From positions 1,024,001-1,088,000 of the forward strand of contig OZ245040.1 of the NCBI GenBank assembly GCA_965224195.1: a stretch of DNA of 64,000 bases. The letters run 5' to 3'. Positions 50,967 through 60,874 of this stretch are shown here, in pieces. The notes under the pieces were generated by a model, which had not been told where the DNA came from, did no database searches, and saw only the letters and a program-made list of their open reading frames with translations. The DNA comes from Nitrosopumilus sp. GTDB lineage: Archaea > Thermoproteota > Nitrososphaeria > Nitrososphaerales > Nitrosopumilaceae. Every line of letters starts with the position of its first letter. Positions within the stretch are counted from its first letter, which is position 1. Made by a program: the position numbers and the translations under genes.

Positions 50967-51262
50967 TGATGAACCGACAATTTCATCGTTTTTCAGTGGT
51001 TAAACTAAAGAAATTTACACAATTTGATTACAAATTGTCAAGTAATTTTATTTGGATTTTTTTCATTTTGATCGTAAAATTTCTAATTATTTCTTTTTCA
51101 AACTATTTTTTCAGCCTCAAGATCAATTGTTTTTCTAAAATTTTTCATTTGCAAGGTATTTTGGTCGTAATATTACTTGTTTTTTTTAAAATTGTTTTTT
51201 GTAGTTTCTTTTTAATTTTTTTACAAAAATTTATGCTGCAATTTTTTCAGATCTATTTTTGA

Positions 51263-52372
51263 TTATGCACCATGTCTTTTGATGATTGTCAGCACATCTT
51301 CGTCAATCATTACATGATTCAAACCAACACGCTGTCCTCCAAACTTCACACTCTTTCCCCAAATCAATCCGTATCTGAATTCTCGTTTTAATCTTCGATG
51401 TAACTTATTACAAATGTCTTCTACGGTATCTCCTTCTCTTGCAATAAGTGGATCAACGAAATCTGCCTCACCTCCTTTTGGTTTCAAGTAAATTCTAATG
51501 AATTTTAATTTTTCATAGATTTTTTCTTTAAGAAGTTCAATATTGACATCAGAGTTTGCAGATACTTCAATTACATCTGCTTTAATTTTTGTTTTCAAAT
51601 TTTTTAGAAATACCTCGTCAACTAGATCAATTTTGTTTAGAATGGTTATTGCTTTAGAATAACTAATGTTCCCTGCAATGTGGTCTGCTAATTGTTCTGA
51701 TGTAATATCTTCTCTAACTACAACACGTGCACTAACCAAACCATAAAGATGTAAAATATCTTTGAGATGTTTTTCAGTGATTTTTGTCATCTTTACTTGT
51801 TGTGCAACTGCAATTCCGCCCATTGCTGCTTTTTCAATTGTAATGTTTGGCGGTAATTGATTTAGTCTAATTCCAATGTTTCCTAATTCCGTCGTTAGGA
51901 CATCTTCGTGGTATGGTTGGAATACATCCAACACTAGTAATACAAGATCTGCAGTTCTTGCAACTGATAAAATTCTCTTCCCTAATCCTTTACCTGAGGA
52001 TGCCCCTTTGATAATTCCTGGAAGGTCTAATACCTGGATATTGGCACCTCTATACTCCATCATTCCTGGAACTACTGTTAGTGTGGTAAACTGAAATGCT
52101 CCTACTGTAGATTTTGCACTAGTCATTTTGTTCAACAATGTGGATTTTCCTACACTTGGCAATCCGATGAAAACAACTGTGGCATCTCCACTCCGCCTGA
52201 CATCAAACCCATCTTGTTTCATACCCGATTTTTTGGCAACTTCTGACTCTTGCTCTCTTTTGAGTTTGGCAATTTTTGCTTTGAGTAATCCTATGTGATG
52301 TTCTGTAGCTTTGTTGATCTGAGTCTTTGCCATTTCATCTTGAATGGATTTGATTTTTTCAGGAATTCCCAA
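51263..52372 (-). CDS. DRG/OBG-family GTPase with a TGS domain
   Basis: NKATEHH, GLPSVGKST, FTTLT, DLPG, NKID and C-terminal TGS. Confidence 0.95.
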   Translation of the reverse strand: MGIPEKIKSIQDEMAKTQINKATEHHIGLLKAKIAKLKREQESEVAKKSGMKQDGFDVRRSGDATVVFIGLPSVGKSTLLNKMTSAKSTVGAFQFTTLTVVPGMMEYRGANIQVLDLPGIIKGASSGKGLGKRILSVARTADLVLLVLDVFQPYHEDVLTTELGNIGIRLNQLPPNITIEKAAMGGIAVAQQVKMTKITEKHLKDILHLYGLVSARVVVREDITSEQLADHIAGNISYSKAITILNKIDLVDEVFLKNLKTKIKADVIEVSANSDVNIELLKEKIYEKLKFIRIYLKPKGGEADFVDPLIAREGDTVEDICNKLHRRLKREFRYGLIWGKSVKFGGQRVGLNHVMIDEDVLTIIKRHGA

Positions 52373-52462
52373 TAGTGTTCACTCCTTTTCACTTTCTTTT
52401 CAAATAAAACCGTATAACTTGCACTTAGTAGCAAATATTATTCGGTTCAAAAAACGATTCTT

Positions 52463-53158
52463 ATGAAAAAGAGAACATTTGCAGTAGATATTGATGGAAC
52501 TATCACCGAAAATGGTGGGGGTAGAATTCATCTTGATGCTCTTGATGCATTACGTCGATTAACTAACATGGGACACGATGTGATTTTTGTAACTGGGAGG
52601 TCTTCAGTTGAAGGATATTTGCTATCTGTTTTTGGCGGGACCACAAAAATTGCAGTTGGTGAGAATGGTGGTTGCATTACAACTGATTCTGATGAACATG
52701 TCTTACTTGGAAATATGGCTGAATGCAAAAAAGCATTTGAAATAATTAAAGACAATATTGCCAATGTTAAAGAAAAACATGTTTTTCCTAGAATGACTGA
52801 AGTTGTTTTGGAGAGAACATTTGATTTAGAATTGGCAAGAAAATTACTAAAAGAAAAAAATATTTCAGTTGAGATATCTGATAGTCAATATGCATACCAC
52901 ATTAATTCCCCTGGAATTGACAAGGGAACAGGATTTACTAAAATTATGGAAAAATTATCTATTTCTACTGATGATGTAATTGCAATTGGGGATAGTGCGA
53001 CTGATACTCCATTGTTCAGAGTTGCAAAAACAAGTATAGCCTTAGGTAATGCATCCGATCAAGTAAAGTCTGAGGCAACTATGGTTGTAACAGCTCATGC
53101 CGGAGATGGGGTTCTTGAGGCATTAGATAAATTAGCGCCTACTATATCTGAGAAATAG
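52463..53158 (+). CDS. Phosphoglycolate phosphatase (HAD IIB)
   Basis: DIDGTIT, TGR, ENGG, KG.G and GDS.TD. Confidence 0.9.
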   Translation: MKKRTFAVDIDGTITENGGGRIHLDALDALRRLTNMGHDVIFVTGRSSVEGYLLSVFGGTTKIAVGENGGCITTDSDEHVLLGNMAECKKAFEIIKDNIANVKEKHVFPRMTEVVLERTFDLELARKLLKEKNISVEISDSQYAYHINSPGIDKGTGFTKIMEKLSISTDDVIAIGDSATDTPLFRVAKTSIALGNASDQVKSEATMVVTAHAGDGVLEALDKLAPTISEK

Positions 53159-53160
53159 AT

Positions 53161-55047
53161 ATGACTTTCAAATCCATTCTTGATGAAATTGAAAATAACT
53201 TGAATAAAATATTGTCTGATCTATCTATATCTGATGTAGAGTTCTCTGTAGAACCTGCAAAACCTGGATTTGGTGATGTCAGTTCTAATGTTTCATTTTT
53301 ACTTGCCAAATCTCTAAAAAAAAGCCCAAAAGAAATTGCGGAAATACTTTCTGAAAAATATTCTTCATGTACTAGTACACTTGTTTTAAAATCAGAACCA
53401 CATCCATCTGGATATCTTAATTTTATTGCAAACTGGAATAAACTTAATCAATTGATTCTATCTGAATCATACCTTGATACATGCGGTGATGTTGAACTTG
53501 GTAATGGTTCTAGCATTGTAGTGGAGCACACTAGTGTTAATCCAAACAAGGCACTACACATTGGGCATATTAGAAATATTATAGTTGGTGATACTGTATC
53601 GAGAATTTTGGAGAAAGCAGGTTACAAAGTAAATGTGCTAAATTATATTGATGATTCAGGATTACAGGTAGCCGATATCATAGTTGGATTCAAACACTTT
53701 GGATATGCAGAAGAGCCCCCAGATGGAAAAAAGTTTGATCATTACTGTGGTGATGATGTTTATGTTAAAACTACTGAAAAATATGAGGCCGATTCTAGTT
53801 TAGAGGAAATTAGAAAAAATGTTCTCAAGGAACTTGAAGATGGGACTTCTGAAACTGCACAGTTTGGTGATAAAATAACTCGACGAGTATTGGCAGGACA
53901 ACTAGAAACTTGTTGGAATTTTGGAGTAACTTACGATTGTCTAAACTTTGAATCACAAATTATTCGCTCAGGGTTGTGGCGTGGAATATTTGAAAAACTC
54001 AAAGAAATGAAATTAGTTGAATTTGAAAATGATGGAAAGAATGCTGGGTGCTGGGTTATTCGTGGTGATGGTAAAGAAGAAGACAAAGTGATAGTTCGTA
54101 GTAATGAGACTGCCACATACATTGCAAAAGACATTCCGTATGCTGCTTGGAAACTTGGGTTACTAGAGGATCCCTTTAACTATGAAAAATATGAAAAAGA
54201 ACAAACATCCTCTCGAGTTTTGTGGCAAACTACTTTAAAAGAAACTGATAAAATTTCTAAAGATTTTACAGGTGAAAAAGTTGTTACTGTAATTGACTCA
54301 CGTCAGGCTAATTTACAAAAAATTATCACAACTCTGATGGATAAATTCAAGTCTGTACCAGATGCATATAATCATCTGGGATATGAGTCTGTGACTCTGA
54401 GTTCTGACACTGCAAAAACTTTGGGACTTGAAACTGATGGCAAACAAGCTCAAATGTCTGGTAGAAAAGGACTGTATGTTTCAGCTGATTCAGTATATGG
54501 TATTCTTAAAGATAAAACAAAAGAAGAAACTAAAAAAAGGCATCCTGAAATGGATGATTCTGAAATTGAAACAATTGCACATTCAGTATCTGTTGGTACC
54601 ATTCGATATGAGATGATTAAACAAGATTTGGATAAAATAATTACATTTGATTTAACAAAGTCTCTTAGCTTGGAAGGGGATACATCACCATACATCCAAT
54701 ACACTCATGCAAGGGCATCAAGAATCTTGGAAAAATCTGGTCGCATTCCAACTATTGATGTTGATTTCACTTTATTGAAGGAAAAATCTGAACTTGATTT
54801 AATTAAAAATATTGGTCTCTTCAATCTACACGTTCGAGATGCTGCAAATAACCTATCTCCCAAAGTAATTGCAAGATATTGTTACGATTTGGCAGTTTCA
54901 TTCAATTCATTTTATGAAAAATCCAAAGTCCTTGAATTGGGAAATGTGGAATTGGAGAATTCTCGTCTATGTTTGGTAAATTCATTTAAAATTGTTTTAG
55001 AAAAGGCTCTGGATCTTTTAGGAATTCAATCTCCTGATAGAATGTAA
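53161..55047 (+). CDS. argS: Arginine--tRNA ligase
   Basis: EHTSVNPNKALHIGHIRN, MSGRKG, YIQYTHAR and C-terminal PDRM. Confidence 0.97.
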   Translation: MTFKSILDEIENNLNKILSDLSISDVEFSVEPAKPGFGDVSSNVSFLLAKSLKKSPKEIAEILSEKYSSCTSTLVLKSEPHPSGYLNFIANWNKLNQLILSESYLDTCGDVELGNGSSIVVEHTSVNPNKALHIGHIRNIIVGDTVSRILEKAGYKVNVLNYIDDSGLQVADIIVGFKHFGYAEEPPDGKKFDHYCGDDVYVKTTEKYEADSSLEEIRKNVLKELEDGTSETAQFGDKITRRVLAGQLETCWNFGVTYDCLNFESQIIRSGLWRGIFEKLKEMKLVEFENDGKNAGCWVIRGDGKEEDKVIVRSNETATYIAKDIPYAAWKLGLLEDPFNYEKYEKEQTSSRVLWQTTLKETDKISKDFTGEKVVTVIDSRQANLQKIITTLMDKFKSVPDAYNHLGYESVTLSSDTAKTLGLETDGKQAQMSGRKGLYVSADSVYGILKDKTKEETKKRHPEMDDSEIETIAHSVSVGTIRYEMIKQDLDKIITFDLTKSLSLEGDTSPYIQYTHARASRILEKSGRIPTIDVDFTLLKEKSELDLIKNIGLFNLHVRDAANNLSPKVIARYCYDLAVSFNSFYEKSKVLELGNVELENSRLCLVNSFKIVLEKALDLLGIQSPDRM

Positions 55048-55130
55048 TGTCCTAGGAAGAAAACTAGTCTCTCCCTAGGGACATCCTACTGAGCCGAAGC
55101 CCTATAGAATATCTTGGCGTGCAAACCAAT
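55048..55130 (-). ncRNA. Candidate structured RNA (two hairpins, one with a cUUCGg loop)
   Basis: Minus strand CUAUAGGGC-UUCG-GCUCAGUAGG, then UGUCCCUAGGGAGA...UCUUCCUAGGACA. GC-rich in an AT-rich gap. Confidence 0.4.
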
Positions 55131-55268
55131 TATTGACTGTGATTTGTTTTAAATCAATAAACTTTACTTTACAAAAATTATTTGAGAATTGAATTGTTAT
55201 GTAAAATATCTGTTAATACACAAATTTTATTATTTTAAAAAAATCATTTAGTTTTTACAATACTGTAT

Positions 55269-55390
55269 TGGTTGGTTGTTGCGTGATTCCAAAAATCGCG
55301 ATTACCAAATCGGGTAGTCGAAACGCAATTATGAAGAATGGATTCTCTCCAATCTTCATGAGATTGGAAGAGCCTCTTCAGTTCTTTCAA
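55269..55390 (+). ncRNA. Candidate structured RNA (multi-stem); strand uncertain
   Basis: TTGCGT/ACGCAA closes two internal hairpins; then a TCCAATCT/AGATTGGA hairpin. Confidence 0.35.
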
Positions 55391-55566
55391 TCTCGCTTTT
55401 GATAAATTTAAAAATATTTTGAATTCTTGAACAAATTTCTTACTTTCATAAAATATATGATTTTAAATACGTATACTTGATTTATTATCATCTTGTTATT
55501 TCTTTATCAAACAGACACTTGTTAATTTCATAATCTATAAAAATTAGAGATGGGCATGGGAACAAA

Positions 55567-56160
55567 ATGACATCTCTGATTGTAGTTGATGATAATGAAG
55601 ATATTGTATATTCAATGTCTGAACTTTTAAAAATTTATGGAATTAATGTAGTTGGCAAAGGTTACAATGGATTGGAAGGTGTAGAACTATACAACGATCT
55701 TCATCCTGATGTAGTTTTACTTGATTTGATGATGCCAGAACATGATGGATTATACGCATTAAAAGAAATTAGAAAAATTAATCCAAAAAGTATCATACTA
55801 ATTGTCACTGGAGGGGGATCCCCATCAATGAATGATGAGGTAGAAACTTTGCAGCCTAACAAAATCATCTACAAACCAATTGATGTAAATACTTTGATTG
55901 AAACAATTATGGAGGAAACAAACACCACAATGCCATTTAAAATCCAATATTCATTCAAAGATGATCCAAAATCATACACTTGTGTAATGACTCATGATCA
56001 ATACAAAAATCTCAAAGAATTACCTATACTGCAAGAATGTAAAATTGTAAAAAATGATGCGGAAAACATTGAAGCATACAAACAAGAAATGCAAAAGGCG
56101 TTAAACTTGGCAGCCAAAAATGACCTGACTCATATTCAAAAATTATCTCGACTAGCTTGA
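55567..56160 (+). CDS. Orphan response regulator (receiver domain plus C-terminal extension)
   Basis: VVDDN, LLDLMMPEHDG, VTG and KP. Confidence 0.92.
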   Translation: MTSLIVVDDNEDIVYSMSELLKIYGINVVGKGYNGLEGVELYNDLHPDVVLLDLMMPEHDGLYALKEIRKINPKSIILIVTGGGSPSMNDEVETLQPNKIIYKPIDVNTLIETIMEETNTTMPFKIQYSFKDDPKSYTCVMTHDQYKNLKELPILQECKIVKNDAENIEAYKQEMQKALNLAAKNDLTHIQKLSRLA

Positions 56161-56161
56161 T

Positions 56162-56461
56162 CTATTTTCTTGGTCTTCGTTTAGGGTTCTTTTCATAGTA
56201 TTTCTCAACATTGTCATTCCATTCTTTGGTTTCTGCAAGACGAGAACTGGCATGTGGTCTTTTACCGTTGTTTGAGAGTACTGTGCTGTTGTTTTCATAG
56301 AATTTATCTGTCTCATTAATCAGAATATCTAGAAATTCTGATGCCCCTTTGGCTTCTTCACTTTTGGGGTCTCTGTGAGTTAGAATGGACTTTGCAAGTG
56401 TCTCAATTTTTGCTATTTTGATTCTGTATTCACTTAATACTCTGTGATCAAAGGAAATCAT
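56162..56461 (-). CDS. Hypothetical protein
   Basis: 99-aa ORF. Confidence 0.7.
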   Translation of the reverse strand: MISFDHRVLSEYRIKIAKIETLAKSILTHRDPKSEEAKGASEFLDILINETDKFYENNSTVLSNNGKRPHASSRLAETKEWNDNVEKYYEKNPKRRPRK

Positions 56462-56506
56462 TTCATTTTTGCTCCATTTTACTAGTGTATGTTCATTTCG
56501 GTCTTC

Positions 56507-57040
56507 TTATCCGTACATTGATTTGTCAATTGTTGCATCTGCAGTGTTGTTTTGAGCTGAAAATCCACTAAAATTAGAGCGAAGTATTTTTTGAACATGT
56601 CCTGACACTCTTGCTACATTGTCCCATGTATTGTGAAATGAAATTCTATCTAATGACTGCTCATCTACATGGGAAAAAATTGCCAATCCTGCGATATTTT
56701 CTCCATCTTTAATCCATTGATGACCTACTCCACATGTCGTACAGATCTCACTAATCTCCATTATTGCTTTAGAGAATGATTGATTTTTCATTACTAATAA
56801 TTTTGAATCTTGGGGTGGGAATCGCATATTCACATTAACATGAACTCTATCTTCACGATTTGTATTTTTACTAACAATGACATTACTCCCTACATGAAAC
56901 TGCCAATCAATTATTTTGCTTTTTTCTTTAATTTTTTCAGTTTGATCTTCATATTTGATATTTGTAACTTTGATGAATTCTTCAACTAACTCTTTCATTT
57001 CTTGAGGTGTTTTTGCCATGAGTCTGTTTATTCCTTGCAT
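56507..57040 (-). CDS. Hypothetical protein (start probably at 57019)
   Basis: Long ORF with ordinary composition. Confidence 0.7.
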   Translation of the reverse strand: MQGINRLMAKTPQEMKELVEEFIKVTNIKYEDQTEKIKEKSKIIDWQFHVGSNVIVSKNTNREDRVHVNVNMRFPPQDSKLLVMKNQSFSKAIMEISEICTTCGVGHQWIKDGENIAGLAIFSHVDEQSLDRISFHNTWDNVARVSGHVQKILRSNFSGFSAQNNTADATIDKSMYG

Positions 57041-57068
57041 GATATATCCATGTTATAGAAAAAAAGAA

Positions 57069-57206
57069 TTAATGGCTGTGTCCACAACCACAAGAGTCAT
57101 GTCCGCCATGACCTTCTGATTCTTTACCTGCACATTTGGAACATTTCTCTGCTCCTGTTGGGGAGAAGAAACCAATTCCACATGATATACATTTTTGATT
57201 TGACAT
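57069..57206 (-). CDS. 45-aa Cys/His-rich metal-binding micro-protein
   Basis: MSNQKCISCGIGFFSPTGAEKCSKCAGKESEGHGGHDSCGCGHSH*. Confidence 0.75.
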   Translation of the reverse strand: MSNQKCISCGIGFFSPTGAEKCSKCAGKESEGHGGHDSCGCGHSH

Positions 57207-57295
57207 AATGAGAGTAAAAAATTGCCGTATTTAATTAATACGCATTATTTAGGCTGGGGATGAAAATAATAAAGTTCAGAATAATTTAGTAATTA

Positions 57296-57613
57296 TTAGG
57301 TTTTTTGAAATACTCTGTATTCTCCGATAATAGAGTTACACTTGTGACAAGTATATTGCCCTCTTTCTATCAAAGTTAATCCATCTGTAACTGCTTCGTT
57401 TGGCTGTTCTTCAATTTGTATTTGAGTAGGACCCTCAAACTCTGAATTACATTGTTTGCAAAAATATTTTGACATTTTTGCAGTATCTAGTTTTTCAAGT
57501 GATGCCAAAAAATGCTTATCTATATTTGGAACAAGTTTTGATTTTGTTACTTGCTCATCAGTAAGATCTGCATTAATCCATCCACCTGATCCGGCTAGTT
57601 GAATTTCTGTCAA
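57296..57613 (-). CDS. Zinc-ribbon hypothetical protein
   Basis: CKQC...CHKC. Confidence 0.75.
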   Translation of the reverse strand: MTEIQLAGSGGWINADLTDEQVTKSKLVPNIDKHFLASLEKLDTAKMSKYFCKQCNSEFEGPTQIQIEEQPNEAVTDGLTLIERGQYTCHKCNSIIGEYRVFQKT

Positions 57614-58054
57614 TATAATATCATACCTTGGTTGGTTTTAAAATACTGTTTGAACTAGAGATGTTTTATTCCTACCCTGGAAAAAAAGTCAGTTTCCTTT
57701 ACTATGGAGATTCTGAAATGTATTAACTAGTTTATGTGAGCAATGGGCTCTTCCAGCTAACACCGCGAGATGTCTCTGACTCATTGAATCTCTTACGTCT
57801 ATGTTTTTGTTAAAAAACCAGAATCAAAAATAATTACTTTTAGGTTAAATTTCTAAACGTCCGATCAAAAAAACCATGCGTAGTTGTTTTAGAATTTCTT
57901 TATTCTCATTATACAAAAAATATCTTCATTATTCGGCAATATTCATCAAATTTGAGGAAATCAGATAGAACCCGTTGTAATAATCATCAGCACTTGACTC
58001 TAATTTTTGAGGTAAATAACACTTTGAATTATGCTGTTATGATACTTTTTTCAT

Positions 58055-58282
58055 CTAGTTCATTACTCCATTATTATCTTTAGAGTCTGATTCTACTATT
58101 GCTTTGATTTGAGATGTATCCTCACAGTTTTTTCTAAATCCAATATTATGTTGTAAAATTTTGACCATACCGTATCGTTTGTAACTGCTAGTTGATTCAT
58201 CATATTCTTTGTCATGTTTTGTTAAAATCACCGCCTTTACTTTTTTCTTGCATGTTTTACAATAAACAGAAATCTCATTCAT
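58055..58282 (-). CDS. Small hypothetical protein (CxxC)
   Basis: YCKTCKK...H...C. Confidence 0.65.
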   Translation of the reverse strand: MNEISVYCKTCKKKVKAVILTKHDKEYDESTSSYKRYGMVKILQHNIGFRKNCEDTSQIKAIVESDSKDNNGVMN

Positions 58283-58325
58283 AACTTTTCTGAATTATTT
58301 GTAAACTTAAGGTTATTGGAATGGT

Positions 58326-58523
58326 TTACTCTATACCCTTCTCTAACTTTATTTTCCTAATAACTTCTTGAACCAATTCTTCATCTTTTATAACTAATTC
58401 TTGCAGTTTCTCCTTGTATTCTTTATCGCCCCATTTATCTTGACTAAACATTTCTTTGACTAAATTCACAATTTTAGATTTATTTCTCTGATGATCACGT
58501 TTGGTAATTTCGGCATCTTCCAT
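58326..58523 (-). CDS. Small hypothetical protein
   Basis: MEDAEITKRDH...; the internal ATG avoids overlap with the divergent ORF. Confidence 0.6.
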   Translation of the reverse strand: MEDAEITKRDHQRNKSKIVNLVKEMFSQDKWGDKEYKEKLQELVIKDEELVQEVIRKIKLEKGIE

Positions 58524-58582
58524 GACTTGTATCAAATAATTATGAATTTTAAGCGTATTGATTTTTTTAGTAGAACTGTAAA

Positions 58583-58783
58583 ATGACATCATTGAATTTC
58601 AACTGTATCTTTGTCTCTTGTAATTTCAAACGAAATAATATTGATGAGGCAGAATTTTTAAAACATTTGAGTGAGGAACATCATGATGAAATTCTGGAAA
58701 TTTCAAAAAAAGAGAATATTCCAATCAAAATGACAGAAATGATTGTGGTAACAAACTCTACAGTGTTCATTAATTCTGGATAA
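58583..58783 (+). CDS. Small C2H2-like zinc-binding protein
   Basis: CIFVSC...FLKHLSEEH. Confidence 0.65.
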   Translation: MTSLNFNCIFVSCNFKRNNIDEAEFLKHLSEEHHDEILEISKKENIPIKMTEMIVVTNSTVFINSG

Positions 58784-58811
58784 TTGATACCAGGCTGAGT
58801 TTAGAATCTAA

Positions 58812-58919
58812 TTACCTGCCTGTAACATAGACAATATACAATATTGACGAGGCAATAACTGAAATTCCAATAATTATTGCTAGTTCTTTTGTTGAAAACA
58901 CACTTGTTCTAACACTCAC
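58812..58919 (-). CDS. 35-aa single-TM micro-protein
   Basis: MSVRTSVFSTKELAIIIGISVIASSILYIVYVTGR* (GTG start). Confidence 0.45.
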   Translation of the reverse strand: MSVRTSVFSTKELAIIIGISVIASSILYIVYVTGR

Positions 58920-59029
58920 AAATTCTCTATGAGAATTCTAAACTTAAGCTTATTGATAGTGTATTCACTATGGGTAAAAAAATCAAGATCGACCAGTAGA
59001 TTCTTATCTAAAATTTTGAGGAAAAATAT

Positions 59030-59953
59030 ATGGTTATAATTAAGAATAATTCTCCTGTGTTATTCTTCTATAACAATTCAAAAAAATGGTTAACTAAAAT
59101 TTCAAAAAAAGAATCCTTTCACACTCACATTGGTGTAATCAAACACTCTGATGCAATTGGCAAAGAATATGGTTCTAGATTGATGACAAACAAGGAAAAA
59201 TACGTCTATCTTTTGGAGCCGACAATGTATGATTATGTGATGAAAATCCAACATGGAACTCAAATCGTGTATCCTAAAGATATTGGATACATTATTGCAA
59301 GAGCTGGAATTGGCGATGGACAAAAAATCTTAGAGATTGGAACTGGTAGTGGTTCATTGACATCATTTGTAGCCAGTGTTGTAAAACCACGTGGACATGT
59401 GTATACATTTGATGTAGATGAAAACTTTATGAAAATTGCTGAGAAAAATATCAAAAAAGCCGGAGTTTCAAAGTATGTCACTCAACATAATTTTGATTTA
59501 AAAACTGCTAAAAAAATGCCTTTGGAGGAAATGGATATGGCAATAATTGATTTAGGTGATCCTTGGGTTGTAATTCCTCAAGTTAGAAAGATGTTGAAGG
59601 GCAGTGGAACTATGTTTGCGATTTGTCCTACAATGAACCAATTAGAAAAATTGACCATGGCTCTAGTTGAAAATGAATTTACTGATATTGAATCCACTGA
59701 ACATATTATCCGAACCATTGAAGCTAGAGAGGGAAAAACAAGACATTCCTTCCAAGGAATTGGTCATACTACCTATCTTTGCTTTGCAAGAAAGGCCTTT
59801 TTTGGTAAAAAAACTCGAAAATCTGGAGTAACTCTAAAAGTTTCAGAAACTTCAAAGAAAACCCCTTCAAAAACAGTTAAAAAAACTAGCACAAAAACCG
59901 CAAAAAAAGATAGTACAAAAACAACAAAAAAGACAACCAAAAAAACTGCCTAG
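59030..59953 (+). CDS. trmI: tRNA (adenine-N1)-methyltransferase
   Basis: TQIVYPKD, LEIGTGSGSLT, DLGDPW and GHTTYL; K/T-rich C-terminal tail. Confidence 0.93.
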   Translation: MVIIKNNSPVLFFYNNSKKWLTKISKKESFHTHIGVIKHSDAIGKEYGSRLMTNKEKYVYLLEPTMYDYVMKIQHGTQIVYPKDIGYIIARAGIGDGQKILEIGTGSGSLTSFVASVVKPRGHVYTFDVDENFMKIAEKNIKKAGVSKYVTQHNFDLKTAKKMPLEEMDMAIIDLGDPWVVIPQVRKMLKGSGTMFAICPTMNQLEKLTMALVENEFTDIESTEHIIRTIEAREGKTRHSFQGIGHTTYLCFARKAFFGKKTRKSGVTLKVSETSKKTPSKTVKKTSTKTAKKDSTKTTKKTTKKTA

Positions 59954-60010
59954 TCGTTCCTTGATACTTTAAAACAAGATTTATTCATCTATTTTTTTAG
60001 AGTATGTGAT

Positions 60011-60874
60011 ATGGTAAGAAAGAATCTAACTACAGCAATGGTTAGGAAATTCATTCCCCCCCGAAAATCAAAATCTCGAAAAGGTGAGAATGGGATTGTT
60101 CTAGTTGTTGGTGGAAGTTACATTTACCATGGTGCACCAATCCTATCTTCACTTGCTGCATTGAAATGCGGTACTGATCTAGTTTACACATCTGTTCCAA
60201 AAGTCAACGTTACTCCAACTCGTGCAGTTTCTCCAAATTTGATTGTAATTCCTCTAGTTGATCAAAAACTGACATTAGGTGCAGCAAACAAATTGATTGG
60301 CGCTTTACCACGTAATTTATATTCAGCAACAATTGGAATGGGTCTTGCAATTCAAGAAAAAAACTCATTGTTACATTTTGTAAAATCTTTACTTGATAGA
60401 GATGTTAGATTATCCTTAGATGCCAGTGCGTTAATTCCTGATGTTTTACCATTATTAGCAAACAAGAATGTTGTAGTAACTCCACATGTAGGGGAATTCA
60501 AAAGATTGTTTGGGGATGTACCGCCAAACACAAAAAATGAACGAATTCGTCTTGTAGAGTCTAAAGCAAAAGAGTTTGGAATCACTGTCCTACTAAAAGG
60601 TGCAACTGATATTGTATCAAATGGTACTACTACCTATCTTAATGAGAAAAAAACTCCTGCGATGACAGTTGGTGGAACTGGTGACGTTTTATCGGGATTA
60701 GTAGCCGGATTATTATCAAATAATAGAAATTCTTTGGAATCTGCCGCCGCCGCAACATTCATCAACGGATTGGCAGGGAAAGCCGCCCAAAAACGATTAG
60801 GATTACACATGACCTCAATGGATCTTTTAGATGAAATTCCATCTGCAATGAAGCCTTTTGACAAAATAGTGTGA
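60011..60874 (+). CDS. nnrD: ADP-dependent NAD(P)H-hydrate dehydratase
   Basis: SRKGENG.VLVVGGS..Y.GAP, LDASAL, TPHVGEF and GGTGDVLSG. Confidence 0.94.
   Translation: MVRKNLTTAMVRKFIPPRKSKSRKGENGIVLVVGGSYIYHGAPILSSLAALKCGTDLVYTSVPKVNVTPTRAVSPNLIVIPLVDQKLTLGAANKLIGALPRNLYSATIGMGLAIQEKNSLLHFVKSLLDRDVRLSLDASALIPDVLPLLANKNVVVTPHVGEFKRLFGDVPPNTKNERIRLVESKAKEFGITVLLKGATDIVSNGTTTYLNEKKTPAMTVGGTGDVLSGLVAGLLSNNRNSLESAAAATFINGLAGKAAQKRLGLHMTSMDLLDEIPSAMKPFDKIV

Noticed and set aside
50564-51003. QREKQL, GAAFLF and FSLELL repeat ORFs
   Set aside because: Alternative frames of the KRKAAP repeat.
55272-55390. Hammerhead ribozyme (GAAAC-GCAA pairing with UUGC-GU; CUGAAGAG on the minus strand)
   Set aside because: The CUGANGA and GAAA core elements are not on the same strand in the right order, and the cleavage triplet would be GUG.
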